64,000 bases of DNA from Sphaerodactylus townsendi (taxonomy: Eukaryota), in assembly GCF_021028975.2 (NCBI RefSeq), contig NC_059427.1, forward strand, positions 72,416,001-72,480,000. The letters run 5' to 3'. Both the position numbers and the translations under genes were made by a program. This document shows positions 35,275 to 47,120 of the stretch, piece by piece. How positions within the stretch are numbered: position 1 is the first letter of the stretch; each line of letters begins with the position of its first letter. A model generated the notes under the pieces. That model searched no databases and had not been told where the DNA came from. It saw only the letters and a list, made by a program, of their open reading frames with translations.

Positions 35275-38200
35275 TTACTTCTTCCGACTTGAGATCTGGT
35301 TACACATCCAGTTCATCCCATCCTAGAAAGATAAAAGTGAGCAACAGCCATTATTGGGCCCTGATTCCAGCACCAAGCATTTCCATTTATCATTGCCAGC
35401 TTTAAAACCTCCACAGACTTCTTTGATGTAGTAGTGCACTTCGCTTCGCACTCCAGCAGCCAGTGCGGTAGAACGTTGGGGACGCTAACGGACCTCGCTG
35501 GCCTTGCCGGGCAAATGACGCACTCTTCACTCCTCTCATCCCCCCCATGAGTCACGGGTCATGAACTGTCTGACTCAATCACCGGGCGCAGGGACAATGG
35601 TCTTGCCCCCAGGTGAGGATTAGGCTCAGACGCTTACGCTTCCTTCCTCAAGATCGAAATAGATGAGATCATGCATCATATGATGATCTCCTCGACTTCC
35701 CGCCTTCCGAACTCCCCGTCCTCCCTCCTACACTTCAATAGATAACAATAAAAGGTGCTGTGAACCGGCAGAGTGGAGACTCGCTAGTAGGAACAATGGA
35801 CTGGTCTCCCGCCTGGCGATCTCCACCAGATGTTATCTCCGGCTCGCTCGCTCTTCTACTTTGACCGCTGCGGCTCCACTACACTTTTGATGGTAGTGCA
35901 CTGCCTAATTCAGCAGCTGCGGGTAGAACGTGCTAGCAACTTGACCCGCTGCCTTGCCGCCGGTCGATCGCACTTCTACTCCTCATCCCCCCATGAGTCA
36001 CGGTCATAACCATGTCTGACTCCATCACCGGCGAGGACAATGGTCTTGCCCCCCAGGTAGAGGATTATTTTCAGGCTCAGACGCCACGCCCTTCCTCCGC
36101 CGCGACGTGAGCCAGATGAGATCATGCATCACATCTCCCATCTCCCGCCTCCCCGAACTCCCCCCCCGTCCTCCCTCTCCCCAATAGATAACAATAAAAG
36201 GTGCCAGGAACCGCAGACGGGAGATTTAGGAACACGGACCTCCGGCCCCCGGCTGCTGCTGAAGGAGCTCACCAGATGCATATCTCCCGCCTCGTCTTCG
36301 CTTCCACGCTTCGACCGCTGCGTGGGCTCTAATTTACACTTTGAGATCTCCTTATGTGCATATATACACAGAAATCTTTGTACCTGGACTCCTTCACCTG
36401 ATATGGCTGAACACGGTTGGATTTGCCATGGCCGGTCTCGATATGTGTGCAGGCTCAGCCCTTCAGCAATGTCTGCTGCAAGGGATGCTGTTGCCAGGTC
36501 TTGCTTGTTAGCAAATACCAGCAAAGGGACACCAATGAGATTGTCCTCTTCCACTAGTTCAGACAGCTCCTGGTAAACACACACAATGTTCTTATTTATT
36601 TGTTTATTTATACCCCACCCTACACTGAAGCCCCAGGGCAGCTTACATAATGGAATTAAAAGCCCACTTAAAACATACAATCTTCAAGGTTTCCAGCCCA
36701 AAGCGCAATGGCATATATCCTACCACTCCACTATGCAAAGTTTGAACTCTTCCACCAGAACTTCCTCCAATTTAAGTGGTTTTTCCTTCAATGAAAGAGC
36801 CACTAAAGTTGGAGGAAGGCTCCTTAAACTGGAGAACTTCCCACAGGTAGGATATACACCAGTGACATTAGAAAAGTCATATAAATTAAAACAATCAAAC
36901 AAATGTTTAAAATACACATAAGATGGTAAGAAAATCAACAGCAGCAAAACAAGCAGGCGACAAATGGCAAAATTATCTAATCAAACCACTATGAAATAAA
37001 ACTGTTTTACATTGGTGATGAAAATAGAAGAGAATAGGCACCAAAAAGTGTTTCCCGGGAGGGTATTTAGGGTGTCACTACAATAAAGGCCTTACTCCAG
37101 GTTGCCTCTCACCAGTCTTCCAAAGTCAGGGGCACCTGGAACAAGCCTCAGGTTACGACTTCTGTGAAGAGGAATATTCATACAGAAGAAGTTTGTCCTT
37201 CGTGTAGTCTAGTCCCAAACTCCTTAAGGTTAACAGGCCATTATACACCAGAAGCTAGTGCAGCTCTTTTGGCATCAATGAGGTATACTCAGTACAGGAA
37301 GTTCCAGTTAACAAAATTCCAAACTAGTCTGGGGTTTTGAATACTCTTGAAATGCAGCTGCCCCATGGTAATAATCCAACCTGGATGTGACCAAAAGATG
37401 GGTAACTGGTAAGTTTACCCTCTTCCAAGAGGAGAAACAGCTGCTGCCTCAAGTGAAGTTCATGAAATGAAGTTGATGAAAGGCATTCCAAACCATGGAT
37501 GCCACTTGGGCATCTATAGTCAGGGCAAGATCTGAAAGGGCCTCATATCTTATTTACTGTACCAAAACAGAGTAAAATAAATGTAAGAATAAAGCACTAA
37601 GTAAGAACTCTGAAAACCTAGTTCTACTGTTAGGCTGTGTAACTCCAGATAGAATTTTTTTACCTTCAGTGTTTTTCGTTTATAACCATGGTTGTACAGT
37701 TCTATACAGTCAAACTGATGGGGGCAAAGCCTGCCAAAGATTCTGCTATAGGATGGAGTTATGAGACTGTTTGAAAAAGCCTGGATATCCTACCTGCCCA
37801 GTCTCCTCAAAGCGTTTTTGGTCAGCACTGTCAATAACATAGATCTGCAATCAGAAAAAGGAGAGTAATCTACTGTCTACCTTTATCCTTATTGGTCCCA
37901 GGTCTTCTGTATCAGCTCCTATCCAAAAACAGTACTACTGGGGGTTAAAGCATCTCATACATGGTTCACTTGACTCCAAGACATTTTGTTGCCTAAGTGA
38001 GAGAATCCAAGTAGGATAATAATCCACGCAGAATATTAAAATAAAGAACTGACTATACACTGTCCTATAATGGTATCTCATAGTCTGCCACATGAAGCCT
38101 CATTTGCTGGGGATTGACCTTATCCTAGATTCCTTTGTACTTCAGAGGCAGTCAAGGTAGGGGGATGGTCCCCATGCTCACCAATACATCCGTGCTGGCC

Positions 38201-41078
38201 AGGTACTTCTTCCAGTAGTTCCGGATGGCCCGTTGTCCCCCTATGTCCCAAACACTGAGCTTGAAACCATGAGAGTGGACATTCTTAATGTTGAACCCCT
38301 GTGAAGGCAAAATGGGAAAAGATAAGCAGCAAGACATGACAGTCAGTGAGTCTGTCTAAGACACCAACTGTCTAAGACCTGAATGAGTATAATAATGGCT
38401 TGATAGCCTTCTGTGGTTGGGAAAGCTACTTCTGGTAAAGGCAATTTAGGGATCCCCCAGAATTACAGCAGATTTACAGACTACAGTGATCAGCTGCCCT
38501 GAAGAAAATGGATTTTTGGAGTGTGGACACAATGGCATGGTAGCCCACTGAGATCTCTGTCTTCCTCTGGCTCCATCTCCAAATCTCCAGTAATTTCCCA
38601 ATCTAGATCTGGCAACCCTACATTTACAAGGCTTGTAAATTGCTTGTGCCCTATTCCCCCAGGTGCCAAAGGGTACCTGGAAAACCTAAGGCAGGGGTGT
38701 CCAACTCTCGTGCCCCAGATGTTCATGGACCATGATTCCCATCAGCCCCTGCCAGCATGGCCAATTGTAGTCCATGAACGTCTGGGGTGCCAGAGTTGGA
38801 CACCCGTGCCCTAAGGCATTCAAAGCGAAGAAGAATATATGAAGGCATTGTCTCCTCTGATTGGGGCAGCTTGTGCCAACTGCAGCTTGAGAAATTCCTG
38901 AAACTTTGAAAGTAATGTCTGGAGGCACAGAGTTTGGCCAGGAAGTTCAGCAGCGATGGGATGCCATAGAATCCACCCTCTGAAGGTGGCATTTCTTCCA
39001 AGGGAATTGATCTCTATAGTCAGGAGGTCAGCTGTAATTCTGGGAGAACTCCAGGCCAGTAGCATAGTGCCAACGGGGCTGGGAGGGGGGGGCATGCATG
39101 ATGCCCCGGGCAGAGCAGCAGTGGAGGGGGTGTTGCAAGGCATTTTGGGGGCATTCCGGGGCAGGGCGGGTGTGCCACAGCAGGGGCACAGGTGGAGGCG
39201 CGCCCCAGGTGCAGTTTCCCCTTGCTCCATCTCTGCTCCAGGCCCTGCCTTCAGGTTGGCAGTCCTGGCTGCTTCTTTGTTTCCAGTCATCCTTATCAGA
39301 AATACATTGTTTGGATCTAAAATGATAATCAAAGAACTGTTTATAGGTGCATGCATATCATCCGTAGTCTGGACATTTGAGCACTCAGGAACAAANNNNN
39401 NNNNNNNNNNNNNNNNNNNNNNNNNNNNNNNNNNNNNNNNNNNNNNNNNNNNNNNNNNNNNNNNNNNNNNNNNNNNNNNNNNNNNNNNNNNNNNNNNNNN
39501 NNNNNNNNNNNNNNNNNNNNNNNNNNNNNNNNNNNNNNNNNNNCACAAGATCCATCAAGTCCAACACCCTGCCATGCAGGAAGACACAACCAAACCCCTG
39601 CTGACAGATGGTCATCCAGGCCTCCATTTAAAAACCGCCAAAGTAGTTTTTAAAACACAACACTGTTCCACTTCCTCATTGCAACTTAGAGAAAACTAGC
39701 ATATAAATTGTAATATGGGTCTAAAGATGCTTGAGAATTCAGATGAGAATTTTTAAATAAATTATATGATTTTTTTTAAAAAAATCAGTCTTTCCAGCTT
39801 TCCTGTCTAAATGCCTGAGCTACAGATCTATCATTACCAAACCTTAGAGCCACTACAGCATAGGGGTAGGGGTTGGTGGGCTGGGAATATAATGGCTAAG
39901 GCAGAATACTCTAACATTTTTGAGCCTGCAGGCACATTTGGAATTCTGACGTGACATGGTCGGTGCAGCAACAAAATGGCTCAACCTTGTGCTGTGATGG
40001 CAGCTCCTGTGAAAGCAACATTAAAAAAATTTGCACAGCCAAACAATTCTCCAATAATCAACCAGAAGTCTGATGGGCAAAAGCCCTACCTGGCTTCACC
40101 CAGCTCCTAAAAATACTTGGCAGGTACCACAAAAGGTGTCAGTGGGCACCATGGTGACCATGGGCAGAATGCTGAGGACACTTGAGTGTTTTTGCTGGCA
40201 TATTGTTTGGGGAGTGTTTCAGTTCTACTTGTTGGAGATGGGCATAGTGTAACTGCTGTAGCAAGGGTGGTGGTTTGGATCCTCCTGCTCACAAACCAGC
40301 TTCTTTAAGTCTCTATGTAATTAATTACCCAAGAGCTAAATGTCCCATCCCACCCCCTCAAGGGAGATCCTCTCTGCTGCAGTGCTTACCTGTGTGGGGG
40401 TGATGGTGTCCACCTCTTCAGATGCCAGACACTTCAGCAATGTGGTCTTGCCAGCATTGTCCAGCCCCAGTAGAACAATCCGCAAGTTTTGCTCTTCGGA
40501 GCCTTTAAGCTTTTGGATGACTGACAGAAGCCCCTGGGGTGTGAAGAAAGTGTTCATGGATAGGGCCCTGTATCCATGCCAAGAAAAAAGCAAGAGGGCA
40601 AGGATTCTATGGAAGCGCAATGGGGTGCTCCTGGGTTTGCTGTATGGATGGGGTCATACTAGAGGGTCAAGCTGGCCTTTTAGAACCTTCTTCTGAACTG
40701 TCATTTGATTCCAAAGACCTCAGAGTTGACCCTGAGCTCCTAGGCCATAGCAAAATACATACAATTTTAGCTCTACTTTTGTGACTACGTTGTTCTGACC
40801 CATATATATATTTGCTCTACTCACAATTGTACCAACCTGCCTCACCAGCCCCAGGGTTCCTTTCTATTACTTTTGGTTGTATATTACAGATTACCCCATA
40901 ATGCCAACAGGACATGTCTCTGAAACAGAGGACATAAATTTGTTCCAAGGAACAAGTTGGCTGCAAGCATCAGCGGCTAACTAGCCACACTGAGCCACAC
41001 TGTAAAAAAGGCTCTTTGCTATCCCATGCTATTTGCTGCAGATCTGAAGAACCTACTTACCTTCTTTGCTTCACCCAT
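35275..41078 (-). CDS. ADP-ribosylation factor-like 3-like small GTPase (ARL3 paralogue), 187 aa
   Basis: complement(join(35275-35322,36384-36569,37794-37844,38182-38298,40390-40533,41061-41078)), 564 nt, all phase-0 GT-AG introns as in ARL3. Starts MGEAKK|[10 protein letters not shown] and has [31 protein letters not shown] and DGMNW. It is clearly diverged from canonical ARL3. Confidence 0.93.
35427..36338 (+). mobile_element. Two tandem ~450-bp solo-LTR-like units (35427-35883, 35891-36338)
   Basis: Unit 1 has TGTAGT...ACTACA termini and both units have an internal AATAAA. CTTTGA flanks both ends (35421-35426, 36339-36344) and CTTTTGA lies between the units. CpG-rich. Confidence 0.65.
36990..37520 (-). 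mobile_element. Degenerate L2-like LINE fragment
   Basis: Contains ATAATCCAACCTGGATGTGACC and other segments resembling L2 ORF2 C-terminal sequence on the minus strand. Heavily decayed. Confidence 0.35.
38692..38808. mobile_element. hAT-type MITE (related to 27439-27577)
   Basis: TIR CAGGGGTGTCCAACTCT...AGAGTTGGACACCCGTG with an 8-bp TSD ACCTAAGG/CCCTAAGG (7 of 8 match). Confidence 0.75.
39396..39543. other. Assembly gap (148 N)
   Basis: Run of N within ARL3-like intron 2. Confidence 0.99.
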
Positions 41079-42707
41079 GATCAGGCCCTCTACATCCTCT
41101 GCCGATCCAGAGATGAAACTGCCAGTACCAGTGGCTGGATCCCTGCTGTGTGACTGACATGCCCGGCTCCAGCTACGGGAGGAAGAGGATTATGACCCCA
41201 GGATTAGCTTGTGTTTCTCCATTTACCTAGGCTATTTAGTAATACCCTATGTAATTCCCTGCTGCCAGCTGTCACCTCAGCCTGATCAGGCCTCCCTGCT
41301 GAATCTATAAGATAAAAAGCCATGTCTGCCCAGCCAATGTTATACACATACCTGAGAACTGTAGAGATTTTGCTTACATAGCTATAGTCATTCAATGAAG
41401 ACTGGAATCGCTTCTCGAGAACAGTTTAAGTGAAAATAACATCTCTCCAGGTTGGCTACGGTCCTTGCCAAAAATGAAAGGGATAGAAGATCCTGCTATA
41501 GAACAAAACAATCAGGTGGAATCCAGGTTCAGAAACTTATTTAGGAATTCTGTCAGAACAACTCACTCTTCTCCTGGATTTAGTCAGTTTATTTACTACC
41601 TTTTCCTTTCTCCAAGGAGTTCAGAGTGACCCTTTTGCCCAATTTCAGGTCTCATCCCACTTCTTGGAATGCTTGCAATTTGTGAGATTTCCTTACTTGG
41701 CAGTTCCAATTTCCATATAGAAGAGATAATTTCTATTATTTCTCTCTGGTATGGTGTCTACATGTAGTATAAAATCAACAATTGGGGGTAACCATATAAA
41801 GCTACCAATAAAAATGAATGGCATCTGACTTTCTCCCCAAACAGTTTGGTGCATGTACTATTAGACTACCTGCTCTCTTTGAGCTGGTTGTGTTTCTGTT
41901 GCTTCAGCTTCTGCCTCTTAATTGTGACCATTGCTTCCTATTTACTGCTTGGATAAAGTAAGCGCTTCTCAGCAGTGTTCTTAACCTGTTAGGACAGCAG
42001 GGTCAGCAGAGCAGTGTTAGTCAAATCAGGGCTGGCTCCTACTTTTGAGGGGCCATGAGGAGAAAGTGCCCAGGGCATCCCTCTCCTCTTCTGCTCTTGC
42101 CTCTTTTGGCACCCATTGTTCATCCATCTTGGAGCGCTCTTCCCGAGGAATGCAAACATATGCTTTGATCTAAAAGCTCTCAAATGGCTCACATGGTCTT
42201 TGTGCCCATACCAAAGTTCATATGGCATGCAGCTACTTGCACCCTTTGTGGGCAGTCTGTTTTGTATTAATAGCTTCTGCCCAGTACTTTTCTGGCAATG
42301 CTGCCTCATGCAACATGCATCTAACCATCTCAGTCAGTAATCTATTTTCCCTTTTGCCACAACCATTCATCTTAGGGTAGTAAGACACTGGTACTCTATT
42401 CCATACTGAGCCTAAGCATTAATTTCATTCCCAACATAGTCACCACCATTGTCTATGCAGATGGCCAATGGGACTTTCTGGAATTGGTTATTAACCAGTG
42501 CAGTATAATAAGCCTTATATTTGTCCAGCACTTGGCTTTTGTGTAGGAGGAAATAGGTTATAAATTATTTTTCAAGATATACTGTAAAGATTAGCAAATA
42601 CCTGCTCCTAGATGGCCTTGGCATTTTAAATGGTACACAGTCATCACTATGTATAAATTCCAGAGGAGGCTGAGTGCTCCCTCTGCTGGAGAATTTTACA
42701 AAAGACA

Positions 42708-42832
42708 CAGTATGTAACAGACTTCACTCTGCGATACACCTCTGAAGATGCCAGCCACAGATGCAGGCGAAACATTAGGAACAAGATCCACCAGACCATG
42801 GCCACACAGCCTGGAAAACCCACCACTACCAG
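42708..42832 (+). mobile_element. Penelope-like pLTR fragment with hammerhead motif, nested in the copia integrase
   Basis: cct-CTGAAGA-T-gcc..ggc-GAAA-CATT-agg at 42739-42779, flanked by a 12-bp direct repeat TTACAAAAGACA (42696-42707, 42833-42844). Confidence 0.7.
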
Positions 42833-43557
42833 TTACAAAAGACAGTTTCAGGCCATTTCCTTATATGCAAGTTTCACACCTCTCTTTCTGCTGAGTGCAC
42901 TCAACAATCTGCATATTCTTAGTTAAATCCTGGCTTTCAATTTGTTTAATTGCAGCAACATCTTGGTGTCCAAAGTGCCTGTGCCAAAAATGTATGCATT
43001 GTCTCTGAGCACAGTTTTGAACAATATTTGCTTTCTCCACATATAAATCAAGGTGATACAGTCATCCTTTCATTGTGCTCGCCTGTCAATCCTCACTGAC
43101 CATCAATGTGGTCTCCTTGTTTATGTTTGGATTCAGTTGCAAAGTGACCAATCTTTCCACAAGCATGGCATGTTAACTGCCTTTTGTCTGGTATGGTCAA
43201 GGCTTGTAAATTACTTGTGCCCTGAATAAACTCTCTCCAGATATGCTCCTCTTTTAATTCTTTAATACCTTTTGCCAAAAGTAGATGTTCCTTGCTCTGT
43301 TGTCATAACTCTTGGGAAGTAAAATCAGCAACAGTAATATTACATTATCATAATCCAAAGTCTTCCCGCCCATTTTGAGCTGACCAACCAATTTTAGCAT
43401 TTTGTTTAAATTTTGATTCAAAATACCCTCCATGAGCAATCGCTTTGTAAACAATTCTCGCTGGAGGAACATCACTGTCCCCTTTGATTTCTTTTCCTCC
43501 ACACTTTGATTTTTCCCCCAATTACTATCTTCTTTGATTTCTTTTCCCCAACACTTT

Positions 43558-43691
43558 GGCTCATTCCGCACATGCAGAATAATGCACTTTCAAACTGCTT
43601 TCAGTGCTCTTTGGAGCTGTGCGGAATAGCAAAATCCACTTGCAAACAGTTGTGAAAGTGGTTTGAAAATGCATTATTTTGCGTGTGCGGA
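43558..43691. mobile_element. PIF/Harbinger-type MITE nested in copia gag
   Basis: Reverse-complement copy of the element at 12479-12619. Confidence 0.75.
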
Positions 43692-45249
43692 GTTCTTCCC
43701 CAACTCATCCCAAATTTCTTTGGCTTTTTCAAAATCATCTACTTTCATTAGCAAGACATCAAATAGAGTTGAAACTATAATATTTCTGGCTTGGTCCTTT
43801 TGTCATCCCACACTGCTTGCTGGGCCTGCTGAGATGGTTTGTCAGTTGAAAGAAATCTCCATAACATTTCCTGTTGAAACATCCCTTTCACTCGTCATTG
43901 CCACATGCGAAAGTTCAACTCTGTTAATGGTTCAGGTTGGAGCCCGCAGCCATCATCACGAGTCGAGGCCGTCTTTTGTCTTTGTCCACTTGCTGTTCAG
44001 AGCTTCAGGGCAAACTTTTCAATCAGTGTAATTGATCCTGGGCCACATAACCAATAATGCTGGCAGATTAGTGCACACAGAAGCAGCAACACACTGACTG
44101 AATGGATAAACGTTAAATTTTTATTAGAGAATGACATTTCAGATACAAAAGGAGAGGACAGAGATAGTATGCAGCTACCTTGCCAGCTAGGGAAGAAGGT
44201 GTCTACTTAATGTCCGAGAAGAAGCAGGATATTAAATCTGAAAATATCAATCTGATGACAGACAAGAGGTGATACAATAGGACAGAGCAGTCACTAACCT
44301 TACAGCCCAATCTAGTTGACTGCTTCCCTCAGTTTCTTTGCACACTTCAATTTCCAACACCTCCAGCAAGTGAAGCATTTTTATTTTGTTTGGCATTGCC
44401 TCAGTGATCTCTCCTTCTTACACAATATTGTAATAGCTGTTGTTATACTTGGTATTTATTTTAGCTCTGATTTGATTGTTCCAGTGATTCAGGGTTTTTA
44501 ATGGTTTTAAAATGTGATTTTATTAATTATGTTTTAATTTATAAGCTGCTTTGGTGACCCTGGTGAAGGCAGAGTGGTGGGATACAAATTAGGTAAAGAA
44601 TAAAATAAATAAATAGTTCTCAAACAATAACACAATGGTATCTATGTAGCTTAAGGCCAGAGCTTTTTTCAGTCTTGCAGAGCTATTTTCAGCTTTTCAG
44701 TCCTGCAGTGAGTCTTGCAGTTAATAACTTTATTGTGCTGTAAACTTTTGTGACAATTTATTTAATCAGATGCATTAAGTGTGCCCTTAGTTAGAAAAGA
44801 CGTATTCATGGGCTTAGAGGAAAAACTGTAAACAGTGGGGTTGGAAGTAAAGAAATGCAAAAGACACACTATTACATTTTAAACAAAGCTCAGATGTTTT
44901 CAAGGTAAGCATAGTGAATGTTCACAGCAGAGGTAATCAGACTGAGCTTTACAAAGAAATATAATATGTTGCACTCTTCCATGTTATTGTCTTCTGACTC
45001 CACTGTTCACAGTGTATGCTTTTCTATGACCTTGTAAATGATTGGGAAAAATTAATGAAGCAAAGGCAGCCTGAGCTCAGTTATAATAAGCGGGTGCCAA
45101 GTCTTCCATCTAGAAAAAGAATTTATTGATGCATTAAGGCAAATACCTGATACCCCAAAGGAATCCACAGCAGTTGCAAAGATTCAAAGAACAATTTAGG
45201 GAATTACAGAAATTCTGACGTCATGATGACATAGGGACTAGTTATGTAT

Positions 45250-46103
45250 ATCCTAAACAGTAAAATGCTAAGGAATAGAATGTTGGAAAGATGAACCCTC
45301 CACAAATGAGGGAGCAGGACTCACAAAGTCCTGCTCTCTCGTTGGTGGGCATCGTCCTGACATTTGATTGGGCATCGTCCTGACACAGAGCAGCGGTTGC
45401 ACAGAACAGCTGGCCTCCTGTCTCCCCAACCATCTAGGGCGGGTGGCGAAGCAGCCCCCCCAACCCAATCATCCACATTCCACCCTCCCACCTTGCTACC
45501 ATACCTTCCAACCCTCCATCCACCCCTAGTCACCCCTTCCAACCCTCACCCCACCCCAGGCCACACTTTGCCATCCTCTCCCATTCCAATGCTAATCTTT
45601 CAACCCTTCCCACTCTAATATTCACCTATCAATCCTTCCCCCACTCCAAGCCTCACCTCCCAACCCTCTCCTATCCCAAGTCTTACCTTTAATTTAATCC
45701 CAATTCTCCCCCCACCCAAGCTTCACCTTGACACCCTCCCCCACCCCAAAACTAACCATCCAACCTTCCTTCCACACTATCCAACCCTCCTCCACCCCTA
45801 GCCATACCTTTCAACCCCGACTCCAACGCTTACCTTGCCACCCTTCCCCCACCCAACCCTCACCTTTCTGCCTTCCCCCACCCCAAGCCAATCTTCTCTA
45901 CCCTCCCCCTATCCTCAACTTCCCCCCATCCCAAGTCACACCTCTCCCACCTCCGAGCCACAGAACCATACCCAGATAAGTGGTGCACCACGAGGAAGAG
46001 TGCAGCTCCAACCCCAGTAAAGCCCACTGCGGGGGAGATGCTTCCTCTTAGATCCTTTGCTAGAGCCCATTGCACCTCCCCGGCAGTGAACTTTCCTGCC
46101 AGT
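45250..46103 (+). mobile_element. Possible non-autonomous Helitron with C-rich degenerate internal repeats
   Basis: C-rich low-complexity interior (45440-45960). The 3' end GCCCATTG..CAGTGAAC..CCAG|T resembles a decayed Helitron hairpin plus CTAG terminus. Confidence 0.3.
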
Positions 46104-46959
46104 TTATATATAACCAATAACCATTAATCAAGATGAGCATATCAGTGAAAGAAGTCTCATCCCTCCCAAAACTCAGCCCAGTGGGGTTTTGGCATCTTCA
46201 TAAACAGCACAGATGCCTGAAAAGAAGACATCCTTTAATGAAGAAACAAGATAAAATGGGCACTAACCATAACAAAGCAAGGAAAATAACTGCAACTGCA
46301 GAGTAGTTGCTAGGAAAGATAAGAAAAAGTAAACTCTCTCACTCACTAGGGCATCATATTCTTAGGAGAAGGTTTCTATTAAGGTAAAAAGAACTGCTTA
46401 ATGAAAAAAATAATACATATATATTGAATAAATCCTTTTAAAAAAACTATACGCATAAATTCCCCTTCAAATGTGTGTGTATGAGAGAGAGGGGGAGGCA
46501 ACTGAGAACATACTTCATGCATTTGATCCTTGAAAGTGCATGCCACAATAAATGGTTAATCTTTGTTTCTGCTGCAACACATTCACACAATGACGCTTTG
46601 GGAAAGAGTGTAAAGCTCTTTCTGCCTTTGCTTCTCAGGCCTGTGTGTTTATAAATGCCAATTTTGCCTATTCAACCCACCCAGGGCCCATTCTGTCACA
46701 CACAAGATGTTTTCCGCTATTTATACCACTGCCTGGCAACCAAGAGGGAACTAAAATAGGCTTCACAGAGAGAACTGCCCTCTCTTTAGCTTTGTCTGCC
46801 ACAACACAGTTTTTAGTTTGGTCATGAAGCTTTTATCACTGCCTAATCAAAGATGGTGTGCTTTCAATAGGCATTAGTAACAGCACCTATTTCATGCAGC
46901 CCAAGGACAGATTGACATATGATTCTACAAAGACGCACTTTTTTGCCAGTAACTCAAAG

Positions 46960-47120
46960 CTGATTTATATAGAGTTTTCAAGGCAAGAGTCATTGGGAGG
47001 TAGTTTGCCCCTGCAAAGCAACAGTGGACGTCCTCGGTGGTCTCCCATCCAAATGGTAATCGGGGCCAACCCTACTTAGCCTGCGAGATCTGATAACAGC
47101 AGGGCTGGCCTGTGCTATCC
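46960..47120 (-). mobile_element. 5S-rRNA-derived SINE remnant
   Basis: GGTCTCCCATCC...CTTAGC..CGAGATCTG is the reverse complement of 5S internal control region-like sequence. Similar remnants at about 1495-1620 and 18320-18510. Confidence 0.5.

Larger units (their letters stand above)
42110..44359 (-). mobile_element. Decayed Ty1/copia LTR retrotransposon (5' LTR, PBS, gag, integrase; RT/RNaseH not seen)
   Basis: LTR at about 44058-44359 (TGTTGGAAA...TGCCAGCA, AATAAA at 44120-44125) followed by TGGTTATGTGGCCCAG (copia-type PBS). Gag-like ...KMLKLVGQL..LL.ILLPKSYD, knuckle CHACGKIGHF, WHRHFGH, integrase IHSD.C.P / DNGGDY / NRLPTK..PYELWYG.K..VSHLRAF. Many stops and frameshifts. Confidence 0.8.

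Noticed and set aside
36129-36680. 183-aa ORF as a stand-alone gene or extended ARL3-like C-terminus
   Set aside because: It is exon 5 reading through into the intronic LTR unit. A canonical donor at 36383 and a proper last exon at 35275-35322 exist.
38820-39699. Longest ORFs in the track (242-247 aa)
   Set aside because: They span the N gap and a GC-rich repeat-like segment in an ARL3-like intron and show no recognisable domain.
46306-46318. RFX X-box-like GTTGCTAGGAAAG upstream of the ARL3-like gene
   Set aside because: The second half-site is imperfect, it is over 5 kb from the ATG and it is not in a promoter-like context.
46960-47120. 5S rRNA gene
   Set aside because: Only degenerate partial similarity embedded in a dispersed SINE. 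The same applies to the tRNA-like SINE heads, so no true tRNA or rRNA gene is called.
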